Both the position numbers and the translations under genes were made by a program. The notes beneath the pieces are model-generated. The model had not been told where the DNA came from. It saw only the letters and a list, made by a program, of their open reading frames with translations, and did not search any database. From positions 1 through 60,071 of the forward strand of contig CAZEVM010000001.1 in NCBI GenBank assembly GCA_964515645.1: a DNA stretch of 60,071 nt, read 5' to 3'. This document shows positions 20,469-28,239 of the stretch, piece by piece; within the stretch, counting starts at the first letter, position 1; every line of letters starts with the position of its first letter. This stretch comes from an uncultured Candidatus Peribacteria bacterium. Its GTDB lineage: Bacteria > Patescibacteriota > Gracilibacteria > Peribacterales > Peribacteraceae.

Positions 20469-20625
20469 GATGAATTCCTGTACCCGTTGTACGGGCAAGT
20501 GTGGAATACCGATGGCCGTCGGCTCGGTCCGTCTCTCGGTTGGCACCAGAGACAAGCGCCCTAGGTATGGGCATACGCAGAGCGCTTGTCTCTTCTGAAT
20601 CTTGACGTTGCTGTGAAAGAAACAT
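20469..20625 (-). promoter_or_regulatory. conserved structured 5' leader, copy 2
   Basis: Minus strand: AGATGTTTCTTT...CAAGATTCAGAAGAGACAAGCGC...GCGCTTGTCTC (perfect 11-bp stem, 20549-20592), then CATCGGTATTCCAC. Confidence 0.5.
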
Positions 20626-20633
20626 CTATATCT

Positions 20634-20662
20634 AAAATATAATATTATTATTAATTAGTCAA
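20634..20662 (-). promoter_or_regulatory. sigma70-type promoter of family gene 2
   Basis: Minus strand TTGACT-17 nt-TATTTT in an AT-rich patch. Confidence 0.45.
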
Positions 20663-20725
20663 TATGCAACATTTCTGCACTTTTCGACTATCAGCAAAAG
20701 ACTCTGCTTTCTCGCAGAATGATCA

Positions 20726-20800
<75 letters not shown>

Positions 20801-21054
20801 AGGCGTACTCCTAGTATACCAGCGTTTTGGCTTAGCGCTGAGCAAAGACATTATATAAAAAACGATCTGACGCCATATCTACGCTAAATCCCCTCTTTTC
20901 TGTGGTTTTGCGCTTGATCCCCTGAGATGTCGCCTTTTCTTGGCGAAGCCTCTTTTTGCTGTCAAAATGCCCAGAGAATTCGATGTTTAAGATACTTGAC
21001 AATTTATCAGAAAACATGCACGATGCTTTGCCAATGGTTTCCCCCGTCTCCTTT

Positions 21055-22980
21055 ATGTCCCCCTCCCGCTTTCTCCGTTCGGGTCTCGTCACGGCCGCCC
21101 TCGTCCTGGGTTCCGTCACGACCGCTTCTGCCGCCGATGTCGCCATCTCGGTGAGCGGTCCGAGCTCCGTCGACCGGGGCCAGACCTACGGCTACACCGT
21201 CACGGTGCGTAACAACGAGAACAGCACGTTCAGTGATTTCTCGGTCGTCTACAATATCAACGGTGCGGGCGGCATCCTCGCCAACACTACCTACCAAAGC
21301 ACCAGCCGCGGCTGCACCGTCAGTAACGGCAGCACCGTCACCTGCTCTGGCTTCGTCTTGGGTGCCTACCAGGAGCAAACCTTCACGGTCACGGTCCGTG
21401 CCAACGACAATACCACCTGCGGCAGCACGATCGATTACATGGCTAGCATCGTCTACAGCGGCATCAACCAGGCTTCCCGCTGGAGCAACAACGCCCGCGC
21501 CACGGTGAACTGCGGCAGCGGCAGCTCGAGCAGCTATAGCTCGTCGAGCTCCTCCACCAACTACGGCTACGTCGATATGTCTGTCACGCAGACGGGCCCG
21601 ACGTCGGTGAACCGCGGCAACTCCCCTCGCTACACGCTGACCGGCTACAACACCGGTTCGTCGACGGCCTACGACGTCGTCTTGAGCGCCACAGTGCCTG
21701 CCGGCCTCACCTTCCAGCCCTCGCTCAGCAGCTCCGGCTGTTACGTGAGCGGCAGCACGGTCTACTGCCCCGTCGGCACGGTCAACGCCGGTGCCACGCG
21801 CAGTGCCGATGTCACCTATAGCATGCCCGACACCTCGTACCGCTGCGGCGACAGCTATGTGCACCGCGGCTACGTGACCACTTCGAGCGGCGACAACAAC
21901 AGCGGCAACAACTCCACTTCCCTCACGACCTACGTAGATTGCAACGGCGGCAGTGGTTCCAGCGACCGCGGTTGCGTCGACATTGAGTCGACCGTCTACG
22001 ACCTCTCCGGCCGCGAGATCGCCAACCCCGGCTTCACCGTCAGCTTGAGCAACGGTGCCCGCGTCACCACCGACCGCAGCGGCAACGCTCACTTCTACGA
22101 TGTGCCGGTCGGCACCTACACGGTGTCGATGGCTCTCTACTCGCCGTTCTATCTCGACTCAATGAGCCCTTATAACGGCAGCATCTACGTCGACGATTCC
22201 GGCTGCGAGCGCGTGTACTTCCGCATCGTCAGCCGCACGAACAACCCGTACTCCAACAAGGCCCAGTGCGAAGACGGCATCGATAACGACGGCGATCGCC
22301 GCTACGACTACCCCGGTGACCCCGGCTGCTCGAGTTACAACGACAACAACGAGTACGACTCGAACAACGGCGGCACGACGTACTACTACAACAACTACTC
22401 GAGCCGCACCCGCACGACCACGTACTACAACACCGACCCGTACGTGGCCCAGGTGCAGAACTACGCCAATAACAACCGTCGCGGCGGCGTGACACTCGAC
22501 AAGCGCGTCGACCGTCTCGAGGTGCTGCCGGGCGGCGTGGTCTCGTACACCATCGTCATCCGCAACAACGGCAATGCCAACGTGCGCGACGTGCAGATTG
22601 AGGATCGCTTCGACAACCGCATGCGCGTGGTCTCGCTGACCTCGGGCGGCGCGGTGGGCGGCGGCCGCATCATCTGGAACCTCGGCACGGTGGCCGCAGG
22701 CGGCAGCAAGACGGTCCGCGTGACCATGCGCCTCGACGGCTCGCTCCGCCACGGCGACTACCTGACGAACAACGCCCGGGCGACGGGCAGCTTCGGCACC
22801 CTGAACGACAGCGCCTCGGTGCGCGTCGTCTCGCAGATGCCCGCGACCGGCTTTGACCTGAGCTCCCTCTTCGGCGGACCGTCCTCGGGCTCCGGCCTTC
22901 CGATCGCCCTCCTGAGCCTACTGGGCTTGGCTGGCGCCGGCATCGGTGCCGGTGGCGCCTTCGGTCGCCGCTTCATCTAA
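21055..22980 (+). CDS. large cell-surface protein with DUF11-like repeats and sortase-type MPATG sorting signal
   Basis: ORF 20956..22980. Signal peptide from ATG 21055 (MSPSRFLRSGLVTAALVLGSVTTASA). DUF11-like blocks (VTVRNNENS..., YTIVIRNNGNANVRDV). CarboxypepD_reg-like block. CEDGIDNDGD motif. C-terminus MPATG plus hydrophobic helix plus GRRFI. Confidence 0.8.
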   Translation: MSPSRFLRSGLVTAALVLGSVTTASAADVAISVSGPSSVDRGQTYGYTVTVRNNENSTFSDFSVVYNINGAGGILANTTYQSTSRGCTVSNGSTVTCSGFVLGAYQEQTFTVTVRANDNTTCGSTIDYMASIVYSGINQASRWSNNARATVNCGSGSSSSYSSSSSSTNYGYVDMSVTQTGPTSVNRGNSPRYTLTGYNTGSSTAYDVVLSATVPAGLTFQPSLSSSGCYVSGSTVYCPVGTVNAGATRSADVTYSMPDTSYRCGDSYVHRGYVTTSSGDNNSGNNSTSLTTYVDCNGGSGSSDRGCVDIESTVYDLSGREIANPGFTVSLSNGARVTTDRSGNAHFYDVPVGTYTVSMALYSPFYLDSMSPYNGSIYVDDSGCERVYFRIVSRTNNPYSNKAQCEDGIDNDGDRRYDYPGDPGCSSYNDNNEYDSNNGGTTYYYNNYSSRTRTTTYYNTDPYVAQVQNYANNNRRGGVTLDKRVDRLEVLPGGVVSYTIVIRNNGNANVRDVQIEDRFDNRMRVVSLTSGGAVGGGRIIWNLGTVAAGGSKTVRVTMRLDGSLRHGDYLTNNARATGSFGTLNDSASVRVVSQMPATGFDLSSLFGGPSSGSGLPIALLSLLGLAGAGIGAGGAFGRRFI

Positions 22981-23007
22981 GCCGTTCCTTCAACCTTTTA
23001 AGAAATT

Positions 23008-23030
23008 GGCCCGCAAGGGCCTTTTTCTTT
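23008..23030 (+). terminator. intrinsic terminator
   Basis: GGCCC-GCAA-GGGCC followed by TTTTTCTTT. Confidence 0.7.
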
Positions 23031-23043
23031 GGTTTACTATAAA

Positions 23044-23072
23044 TTGACAAATATAATAAATAGTGTTTAATT
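23044..23072 (+). promoter_or_regulatory. putative promoter
   Basis: TTGACA-17 nt-TTAATT in an AT-rich patch. Confidence 0.4.
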
Positions 23073-23122
23073 TAATTAGTCTGGAATCTAAACCGACTGA
23101 CCTTTCACTCCAGAGGAACGTG

Positions 23123-23674
23123 ATGGCCACTGCAACGTACGTCTACGCTTTGATTCTGTTCGGTAAGGATCATCTGTTGGTTTTGCAGCAAACCGTCCAG
23201 GGGTGGTCCCTGCCCTGCACCCGGGTGTTCCCCGGCGAAGACGAACGACAGGCACTTACCCGCTGTTTGAAAGAGTTCGGGTACGACGAGGTGGAGGTGA
23301 TCCGGTCGATCGGACCACGTCACTACTTCAAGAGCGGCGTCGATGCTTCTGCCTTTGAGGTTGAGGTCTTCAATGCGGTAAGCCTGCCTGATGAGTTTCG
23401 GTTGATGGGCAAGGAGCAGGCGGCAAGCGTACAGCTCATCGATGAGCCGGCGATTCAGCGGATGATCTGGGATGGCTTCTCCATTTTGCAACCTTGGACG
23501 AACGTTCCGAGCCCGGTGCCCTTCGAGTTTTTGCCCATCGAGGATGGGATCTACTGCGACCCTGGCATGACGCACCTCTTGGTTGAGGACTATCCAGAAG
23601 GCGGCATAGCGAAACGCCGCCAGTGGCCCCGCCTCGACCCCACCTCCCCGACGGGGAAGATGGAATCCATGTAA
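23123..23674 (+). CDS. Nudix-fold-like protein with degenerate Nudix box
   Basis: ORF 23063..23674. ATG 23123 preceded by AGAGGAA. GWSLPCTRVFPGEDERQALTRCLKEFGY resembles Gx5Ex7REUxEExGU, but RE is replaced by RC and EE by KE. Confidence 0.6.
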   Translation: MATATYVYALILFGKDHLLVLQQTVQGWSLPCTRVFPGEDERQALTRCLKEFGYDEVEVIRSIGPRHYFKSGVDASAFEVEVFNAVSLPDEFRLMGKEQAASVQLIDEPAIQRMIWDGFSILQPWTNVPSPVPFEFLPIEDGIYCDPGMTHLLVEDYPEGGIAKRRQWPRLDPTSPTGKMESM

Positions 23675-23706
23675 CCGGAACGAGACGTCGTTCCCCTACA
23701 CTAAGA

Positions 23707-23732
23707 CCCCGCGACTCGTTCGCGGGGTTTTT
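23707..23732 (+). terminator. intrinsic terminator
   Basis: CCCCGCGA-CTCGT-TCGCGGGG followed by TTTTT. Confidence 0.8.
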
Positions 23733-23750
23733 GTTATACTGTAAAAAGAC

Positions 23751-23841
23751 GGGCGGTTCGCTCAGTTGGGCCCGGTCTTGCGAAGCGAGCCGGCAAATAA
23801 AAAGCATCGCGATGCTACGGCGTGTATTCTTTCACTCAAAC
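23751..23841 (+). repeat. duplicated tRNA-Val 5' half plus conserved GC hairpin (91 nt, directly upstream of tRNA-Val)
   Basis: 23751-23769 GGGCGGTTCGCTCAGTTGG matches 18/19 of tRNA-Val positions 1-19. It is followed by GCCCGGTCTTGCGAAGCGAGCCGGC-AAATAAAAAGC, near-identical to 28071-28106 at the tRNA-Ile locus. Confidence 0.6.
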
Positions 23842-23918
23842 GGGCGGTTAGCTCAGTTGGTCAGAGCATCGAGCTTACACCTCGAGGGTCACAGGTTCGA
23901 ACCCTGTACCGCCCACCA
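23842..23918 (+). tRNA. tRNA-Val (anticodon UAC)
   Basis: Manual cloverleaf: acceptor GGGCGGU/ACCGCCC, anticodon stem UCGAG/CUCGA, loop CUUACAC, T-arm ACAGG-UUCGAAC-CCUGU, CCA encoded. Confidence 0.93.
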
Positions 23919-24121
23919 CACTTCGCTCCCTGCGGGGAGCTTCGCGTGGCTAGCCATCAGTCATTCTTGGTGTACATGCGAAGTGTGCCCCGCGGAGCCG
24001 AAGGCGGAGTGGGGCTGTTCGAGCAGTCGATGGAACGTACAAAAGCCCAGAGGTATGTTGAGATATGCCTGTCGAATTGTTCCCTTACGTATTTTGGAAC
24101 AATTGAGACCAAGATTGTTCC

Positions 24122-24358
24122 ATGTTCTATGTCTATCTTCTGGCATTAGAAAATGGCCAATATTATGCAGGATATACTAAGAATCTCGAGTCTCGCCTGC
24201 AGAGACACGCGAACGGTTTTGTGAGAACAACGAGTCGTATCCATCCGAAGGAGCTTATCTTTTATGCAGCTTTTGTCAGTGAAGCGAAGGCTTTGGACTT
24301 TGAGAAATATCTTAAAAGCTCCTCCGGGTTCGCATTTCGCAATAAGCGGCTGCTTTGA
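24122..24358 (+). CDS. GIY-YIG domain protein (UPF0213-like, 78 aa)
   Basis: ORF 24122..24358. FYVYLLALENGQYYAGYTKNLESRLQRHANG matches the GIY-YIG core. Visibly lower GC than neighbours. Confidence 0.8.
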   Translation: MFYVYLLALENGQYYAGYTKNLESRLQRHANGFVRTTSRIHPKELIFYAAFVSEAKALDFEKYLKSSSGFAFRNKRLL

Positions 24359-24434
24359 GCGTCCTCCCTGTTTCACTGCCTTTTCTGGGTATCTACACGT
24401 TGCTCAAAGAATGTTTTTGGCCTAAAATCCGCCC

Positions 24435-24653
24435 ATGAATATGATTCTCATGTCCATCGAGGTCGTGGTGGCGCTCCTGCTCTGCCTGTCGATCCTCATC
24501 CAGCAGCGCGCTTCCGGTCTGTCCCAGAGCATGGGCGGCTCCGGCGTCACGTACGCCCAGCGCCGCGGCGCCGAAAAGGTGCTCTTCCAGGCCTCTGTCG
24601 TCCTGGGTGCCATTTTCTTCGTCATCCCGGTCCTGCAGTGGTTCATCGCCTAA
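24435..24653 (+). CDS. secG: preprotein translocase subunit SecG
   Basis: ORF 24435..24653. Two TM helices flanking the Gly-rich loop LIQQRASGLSQSMGGSG. TAAAAT ends 6 nt before the ATG. Confidence 0.85.
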   Translation: MNMILMSIEVVVALLLCLSILIQQRASGLSQSMGGSGVTYAQRRGAEKVLFQASVVLGAIFFVIPVLQWFIA

Positions 24654-26936
24654 ATGCGACGTACCTTACTTTCGCTGTTTTCCGCGTCCAGACGTTTCCA
24701 GGGCTGGATCATCGCCATCTGTATCCTGGCCTTCCTTGGAAGCCTCGCCGGACTTCTCTACCGGTTCTGGCTGGATAGCACTGTCCAGGTGCCTGCGCGC
24801 GGCGGCACCTACATCGAGGGATCCGTGGGCGAGGTAATGCCCTGGAACCCGTGGTTTACGATGCAGAATGATGTGAATCGTGACATCGTCTCGCTCGTTT
24901 TCTCTGGTCTGCAGCAATACGACCCGGAGACTCGTGAGGTGAAGGATGATCTCGGCACGCTTTCCGCTTCGGCTGATGGCAAGGTCTATACCGTTACGCT
25001 CCACGATCATCTTTTTTGGCACGACACTACCGCGGAGAATCCGCATCCCGTCACCGCGGACGACATTCTCTTCACCTTCCAAACCATTCAGGATCCAGCC
25101 TTCCCCAATCCCCCACTGCGCGAGAATTTCGCGGGTGTGAAGATTGAGAAGGTGAACAACAAGACCGTCACGTTCACGTTGGATGAGCCGTACGCGTACT
25201 TCCGCACCAACCTCACGTTTGGCCTCCTGCCTAAGCGTTCTTTTGATGGCATCCCGGTGGCGCGCTTGGAGCAGACGGGTGTCGAGTTCGGCCTGAAGCC
25301 CGTGGGCGCCGGGCCGTACCGCTTAAAGAGCTTTGCTCAGACTGATCTTTCAAGTGAAGTCATTCTCGAGAAGTTCCAGCGACCACTCTCTGAGCAGTAC
25401 CGCTTAGAACGCGTGATTTTTAAAGTGTTCCCCGATTACCTGTCGCTCCTCTCGGACCTGGGCAACCTCGACGCGATCCGCGTGGTGCCGCAGAGCGATG
25501 ATGGCCACCCGGTGATTCCCAACAACTTCCAGGCCCGCACCTACACGCTGCCGCAGTACGTAGCCCTCTTCTTTAACCTCGATAACCCCATTGTTGCCGA
25601 CCAGAAGCTTCGCCTCGGCCTCCAACTTGGTACTGACAAGCAGGCCATCGTCGACGCTGTCGACAACGGCGTGATCGTCGACACTCCCCTGCTCGAGATC
25701 GACACCTCCGATTGGCGGTACCAGTTCGATCCCGATGCGGCCCAAGGTTCGCTCTATGAGTCGCAGTGGTATTTCCCGGAAAAGATCCGCCTGCAAGATC
25801 TACTTGAGAAGCGCGAGACCAATCGCGTCGGCTCGCTCAAGGTGGAGCCTGTCGTCCTGCTGGCCACCGGCAGCACGCTGACGCTCACCGGCAACTTCGA
25901 TAACGTGCCGAAGCCTCGCGTCAACGGCGTGCGTGTCCAGACCGGCGCAAGTTCGGGCCAATGGATCGTCACCCTGCCTACGGATACGAGCGGCACGGGA
26001 GCGCTGGTTCCTGGCGAGAATATCATCCGCCTGACCAACGAAGAGGGTCGCATCCTCGATTCTGCCTCGCTTCTGCGCGTTACCGATGAAGCGACGCTCG
26101 CCAGGGCTCAGGCCGAGCAGCAGCTGGTGGAGCGCTTCGTCGCCTCGCGTGACGATGATCTTCCCGCCGATCAACGCCTCACGGCTGCCGATCTGAAGCT
26201 CGATGGTGGCTTTCTCCGCCTACGCACGCCGGATGATACCATCGGCATCCGCCAGAATGATGCCGGCCGCACCCTCAAGCTCGTCCTTTTGACGAGTAGT
26301 TCGCCTCCTGCCTACAAGATTGTCGCCGACAAGATTGCCGAGCAGTGGCGTCAGCTGGGCGTGGACGTCTCGGTGGAGGTGCCCAGCACGCGCGCTGACT
26401 TTGAGTCTCGCCTCCTGCGCCGCCAATACGACGTCCTCCTCTATGGACAGTCGCTGCTTAATAACTTGGACGCGTACCCCTATTGGCACAGCAGCGACGT
26501 GCAGAAGCAGACCGACGACGAGAACGAGCTGCGTCTGGATGCGTACAATCTCTCGCAGTACGCCTCGACCGAGGCCGACGTGCTTCTGGAGAAGATCCGC
26601 GGCACCAACAACGAGGATGAGCGACTGGGCGCCATTGCCAGCTTGCGCGAGGTGCTGAAGCGCGACACGCCGGCCATCGTGCTCTATACCCCCGTCTATA
26701 CCTACGCTCACCGCGATGATATCCGCGGTGTCGACCTGGGACACCTCTCAATGCATGCCGACCGCATGCACAGCCTCTCCAAGTGGTATGTCCGGCAAGA
26801 AAGAGTATTTAAACCCGGTCTGGGCTGGACGTCATTCTTCTCTTGGCTGGGTGGACAATTAGACGGTTCGAGCGTTTCGTCTGGGGCGTCATCTGGGGCA
26901 CTATCGTCAGCCTCCGCTGGCAGCACGGACCTTTAA
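24654..26936 (+). CDS. membrane-anchored family-5 (SBP_bac_5-like) solute-binding protein
   Basis: ORF 24654..26936. N-terminal TM anchor. GGTYIEGSVGEV...NRDIVSLVFSGLQQYDP...KVYTVTLHDHLFWHD is typical of peptide/nickel SBPs. Ser-rich tail. Confidence 0.8.
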   Translation: MRRTLLSLFSASRRFQGWIIAICILAFLGSLAGLLYRFWLDSTVQVPARGGTYIEGSVGEVMPWNPWFTMQNDVNRDIVSLVFSGLQQYDPETREVKDDLGTLSASADGKVYTVTLHDHLFWHDTTAENPHPVTADDILFTFQTIQDPAFPNPPLRENFAGVKIEKVNNKTVTFTLDEPYAYFRTNLTFGLLPKRSFDGIPVARLEQTGVEFGLKPVGAGPYRLKSFAQTDLSSEVILEKFQRPLSEQYRLERVIFKVFPDYLSLLSDLGNLDAIRVVPQSDDGHPVIPNNFQARTYTLPQYVALFFNLDNPIVADQKLRLGLQLGTDKQAIVDAVDNGVIVDTPLLEIDTSDWRYQFDPDAAQGSLYESQWYFPEKIRLQDLLEKRETNRVGSLKVEPVVLLATGSTLTLTGNFDNVPKPRVNGVRVQTGASSGQWIVTLPTDTSGTGALVPGENIIRLTNEEGRILDSASLLRVTDEATLARAQAEQQLVERFVASRDDDLPADQRLTAADLKLDGGFLRLRTPDDTIGIRQNDAGRTLKLVLLTSSSPPAYKIVADKIAEQWRQLGVDVSVEVPSTRADFESRLLRRQYDVLLYGQSLLNNLDAYPYWHSSDVQKQTDDENELRLDAYNLSQYASTEADVLLEKIRGTNNEDERLGAIASLREVLKRDTPAIVLYTPVYTYAHRDDIRGVDLGHLSMHADRMHSLSKWYVRQERVFKPGLGWTSFFSWLGGQLDGSSVSSGASSGALSSASAGSTDL

Positions 26937-27021
26937 CCGACGAGAAACCGCCATGCGGACAAGGAAAAGAGGATTGACCCGCCTTGCCGCACTCAGTAAA
27001 ATGGTCGGGCCTTAATAAGAC

Positions 27022-27474
27022 ATGGAAGTTCTCCTCCTCCAAAACGTGGCCAAGCTCGGAAAGAAAGATGACCTCCTGGTCGTCGGGGATGGCTTTGCCC
27101 TCAACTACCTGCTCCCCACCCGGCAGGCCATCGTCGCGACCCCGCTCGTGCGCCGCCGCTACGCTGACCGCATCCGCGAGCGCGCTGAAGAGCGCGAGAA
27201 GGAGAAGTCCAACCAGGAAGGCACCGCCAAGGCCCTCTCTGGCAAGGTGATCACCTTCAAGAAGAAGGCCACCAAGACGGGCAAGCTCTACGCCGCCATC
27301 TCCGAGAAGGTCCTCTCCGAGGCCCTCCGCGATCAGCACGGCATGGACATCCTGGCTGCGGACATCGAGATCGGCCAGCCGATCAAGTCTGTCGGCAAGA
27401 GTGAGGTCTCCGTGCGCATGGGTGGCCAGAAGCTGCCGATCAGCGTCGTCGTCGAGGCCGAGGCTGGCGAGTAA
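27022..27474 (+). CDS. rplI: 50S ribosomal protein L9
   Basis: ORF 27022..27474. MEVLLLQNVAKLGKKDDLLVVGDGFALNYLLP. Confidence 0.93.
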   Translation: MEVLLLQNVAKLGKKDDLLVVGDGFALNYLLPTRQAIVATPLVRRRYADRIRERAEEREKEKSNQEGTAKALSGKVITFKKKATKTGKLYAAISEKVLSEALRDQHGMDILAADIEIGQPIKSVGKSEVSVRMGGQKLPISVVVEAEAGE

Positions 27475-27516
27475 ATCATCATACGCGAGTGCGAATTTCT
27501 GCTAGTTTCACTGTGC

Positions 27517-27930
27517 ATGGCTGAAGTCCCTCGCGTTGGCGTTGGCATCCTTATCCTGAAGAATCGGCAGATTCTTCTCGGTCTACGGAAAGGTTCGCAT
27601 GCTGCCGGTACGTGGGCAGCGCCCGGCGGACATTTGGAGTTCGGTGAGACATTTGAAGGCTGTGCTCTGCGTGAGATTGATGAAGAGATCGGTGATGTGT
27701 GTGTTCAGAATATCCGTTTCGCAACGGCGAGTGGCGATCTGTATCCCGATGTCGGTCGCCATTACATCACCATCCTCATGGTTGCTGATTACGTTTCTGG
27801 TGAGCCAGAAAACAAGGAGCCGGAGAAATGCGAGGAGTGGCGGTGGTTCAGCCCCGCAGAGTTGCCGGAGAACCTGTTCCCCGCCCTACAGAGCATCTTT
27901 GGCCGCGGCTTTGATCCGTTCGCGACTTGA
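27517..27930 (+). CDS. NUDIX hydrolase (MutT-like)
   Basis: ORF 27517..27930. Intact Nudix box GGHLEFGETFEGCALREIDEEIG. Confidence 0.85.
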   Translation: MAEVPRVGVGILILKNRQILLGLRKGSHAAGTWAAPGGHLEFGETFEGCALREIDEEIGDVCVQNIRFATASGDLYPDVGRHYITILMVADYVSGEPENKEPEKCEEWRWFSPAELPENLFPALQSIFGRGFDPFAT

Positions 27931-27940
27931 TGGCTCTTGT

Positions 27941-28162
27941 GGGCCACTCGTTCAGTTGGGCCGACGGCGCGCGAGTGCTGGCGCTATTAAACGAGCGTGC
28001 TCGAACCAACTGATTCACTTCCCTCACGGGGTTCCTTTATGATGCGTACGTGGGCCAGTAGCTCAGTTGGGCCCGGTCTCGCGAAGCGAACCGGCTTATA
28101 AAAAAGCGTGCTCGAACCAACTGATTCACTTCCCTCACGGGGTTCCTTTATGATGCGTACGT
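27941..28162 (+). repeat. two tandem 111-nt units, each starting with a copy of the tRNA-Ile 5' half and ending with the tRNA promoter
   Basis: Unit 1 is 27941-28051 and unit 2 is 28052-28162. The 3' 57 nt are identical (GCGTGCTCGAACCAACTGATTCACTTCCCTCACGGGGTTCCTTTATGATGCGTACGT). Unit 2 starts with 19 nt identical to tRNA-Ile positions 1-19. Confidence 0.8.
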
Positions 28163-28239
28163 GGGCCAGTAGCTCAGTTGGTTAGAGCTCCGGACTTATA
28201 CACCGGCGGTCGATGGTTCAACTCCATCCTGGCCCACCA
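28163..28239 (+). tRNA. tRNA-Ile (anticodon UAU)
   Basis: Manual cloverleaf: acceptor GGGCCAG/CUGGCCC, D-arm GCUC/GAGC, anticodon stem CCGG(A)/(A)CCGG with A31-A39 mismatch, loop CUUAUAC, T-arm GAUGG-UUCAACU-CCAUC, CCA encoded. Confidence 0.8.

Noticed and set aside
24429-24435. CCGCCCA matching the tRNA-Val 3' end, as a possible att duplication bounding the GIY-YIG segment.
   Set aside because: A 7-nt match in GC-rich DNA is expected by chance. It is mentioned only as context in the GIY-YIG finding.
27941-28162. Direct repeats that might be taken for a CRISPR array.
   Set aside because: There are only two units, each 111 nt long, with no short unique spacers. Each unit begins with tRNA-derived sequence, and there are no cas genes in the window.
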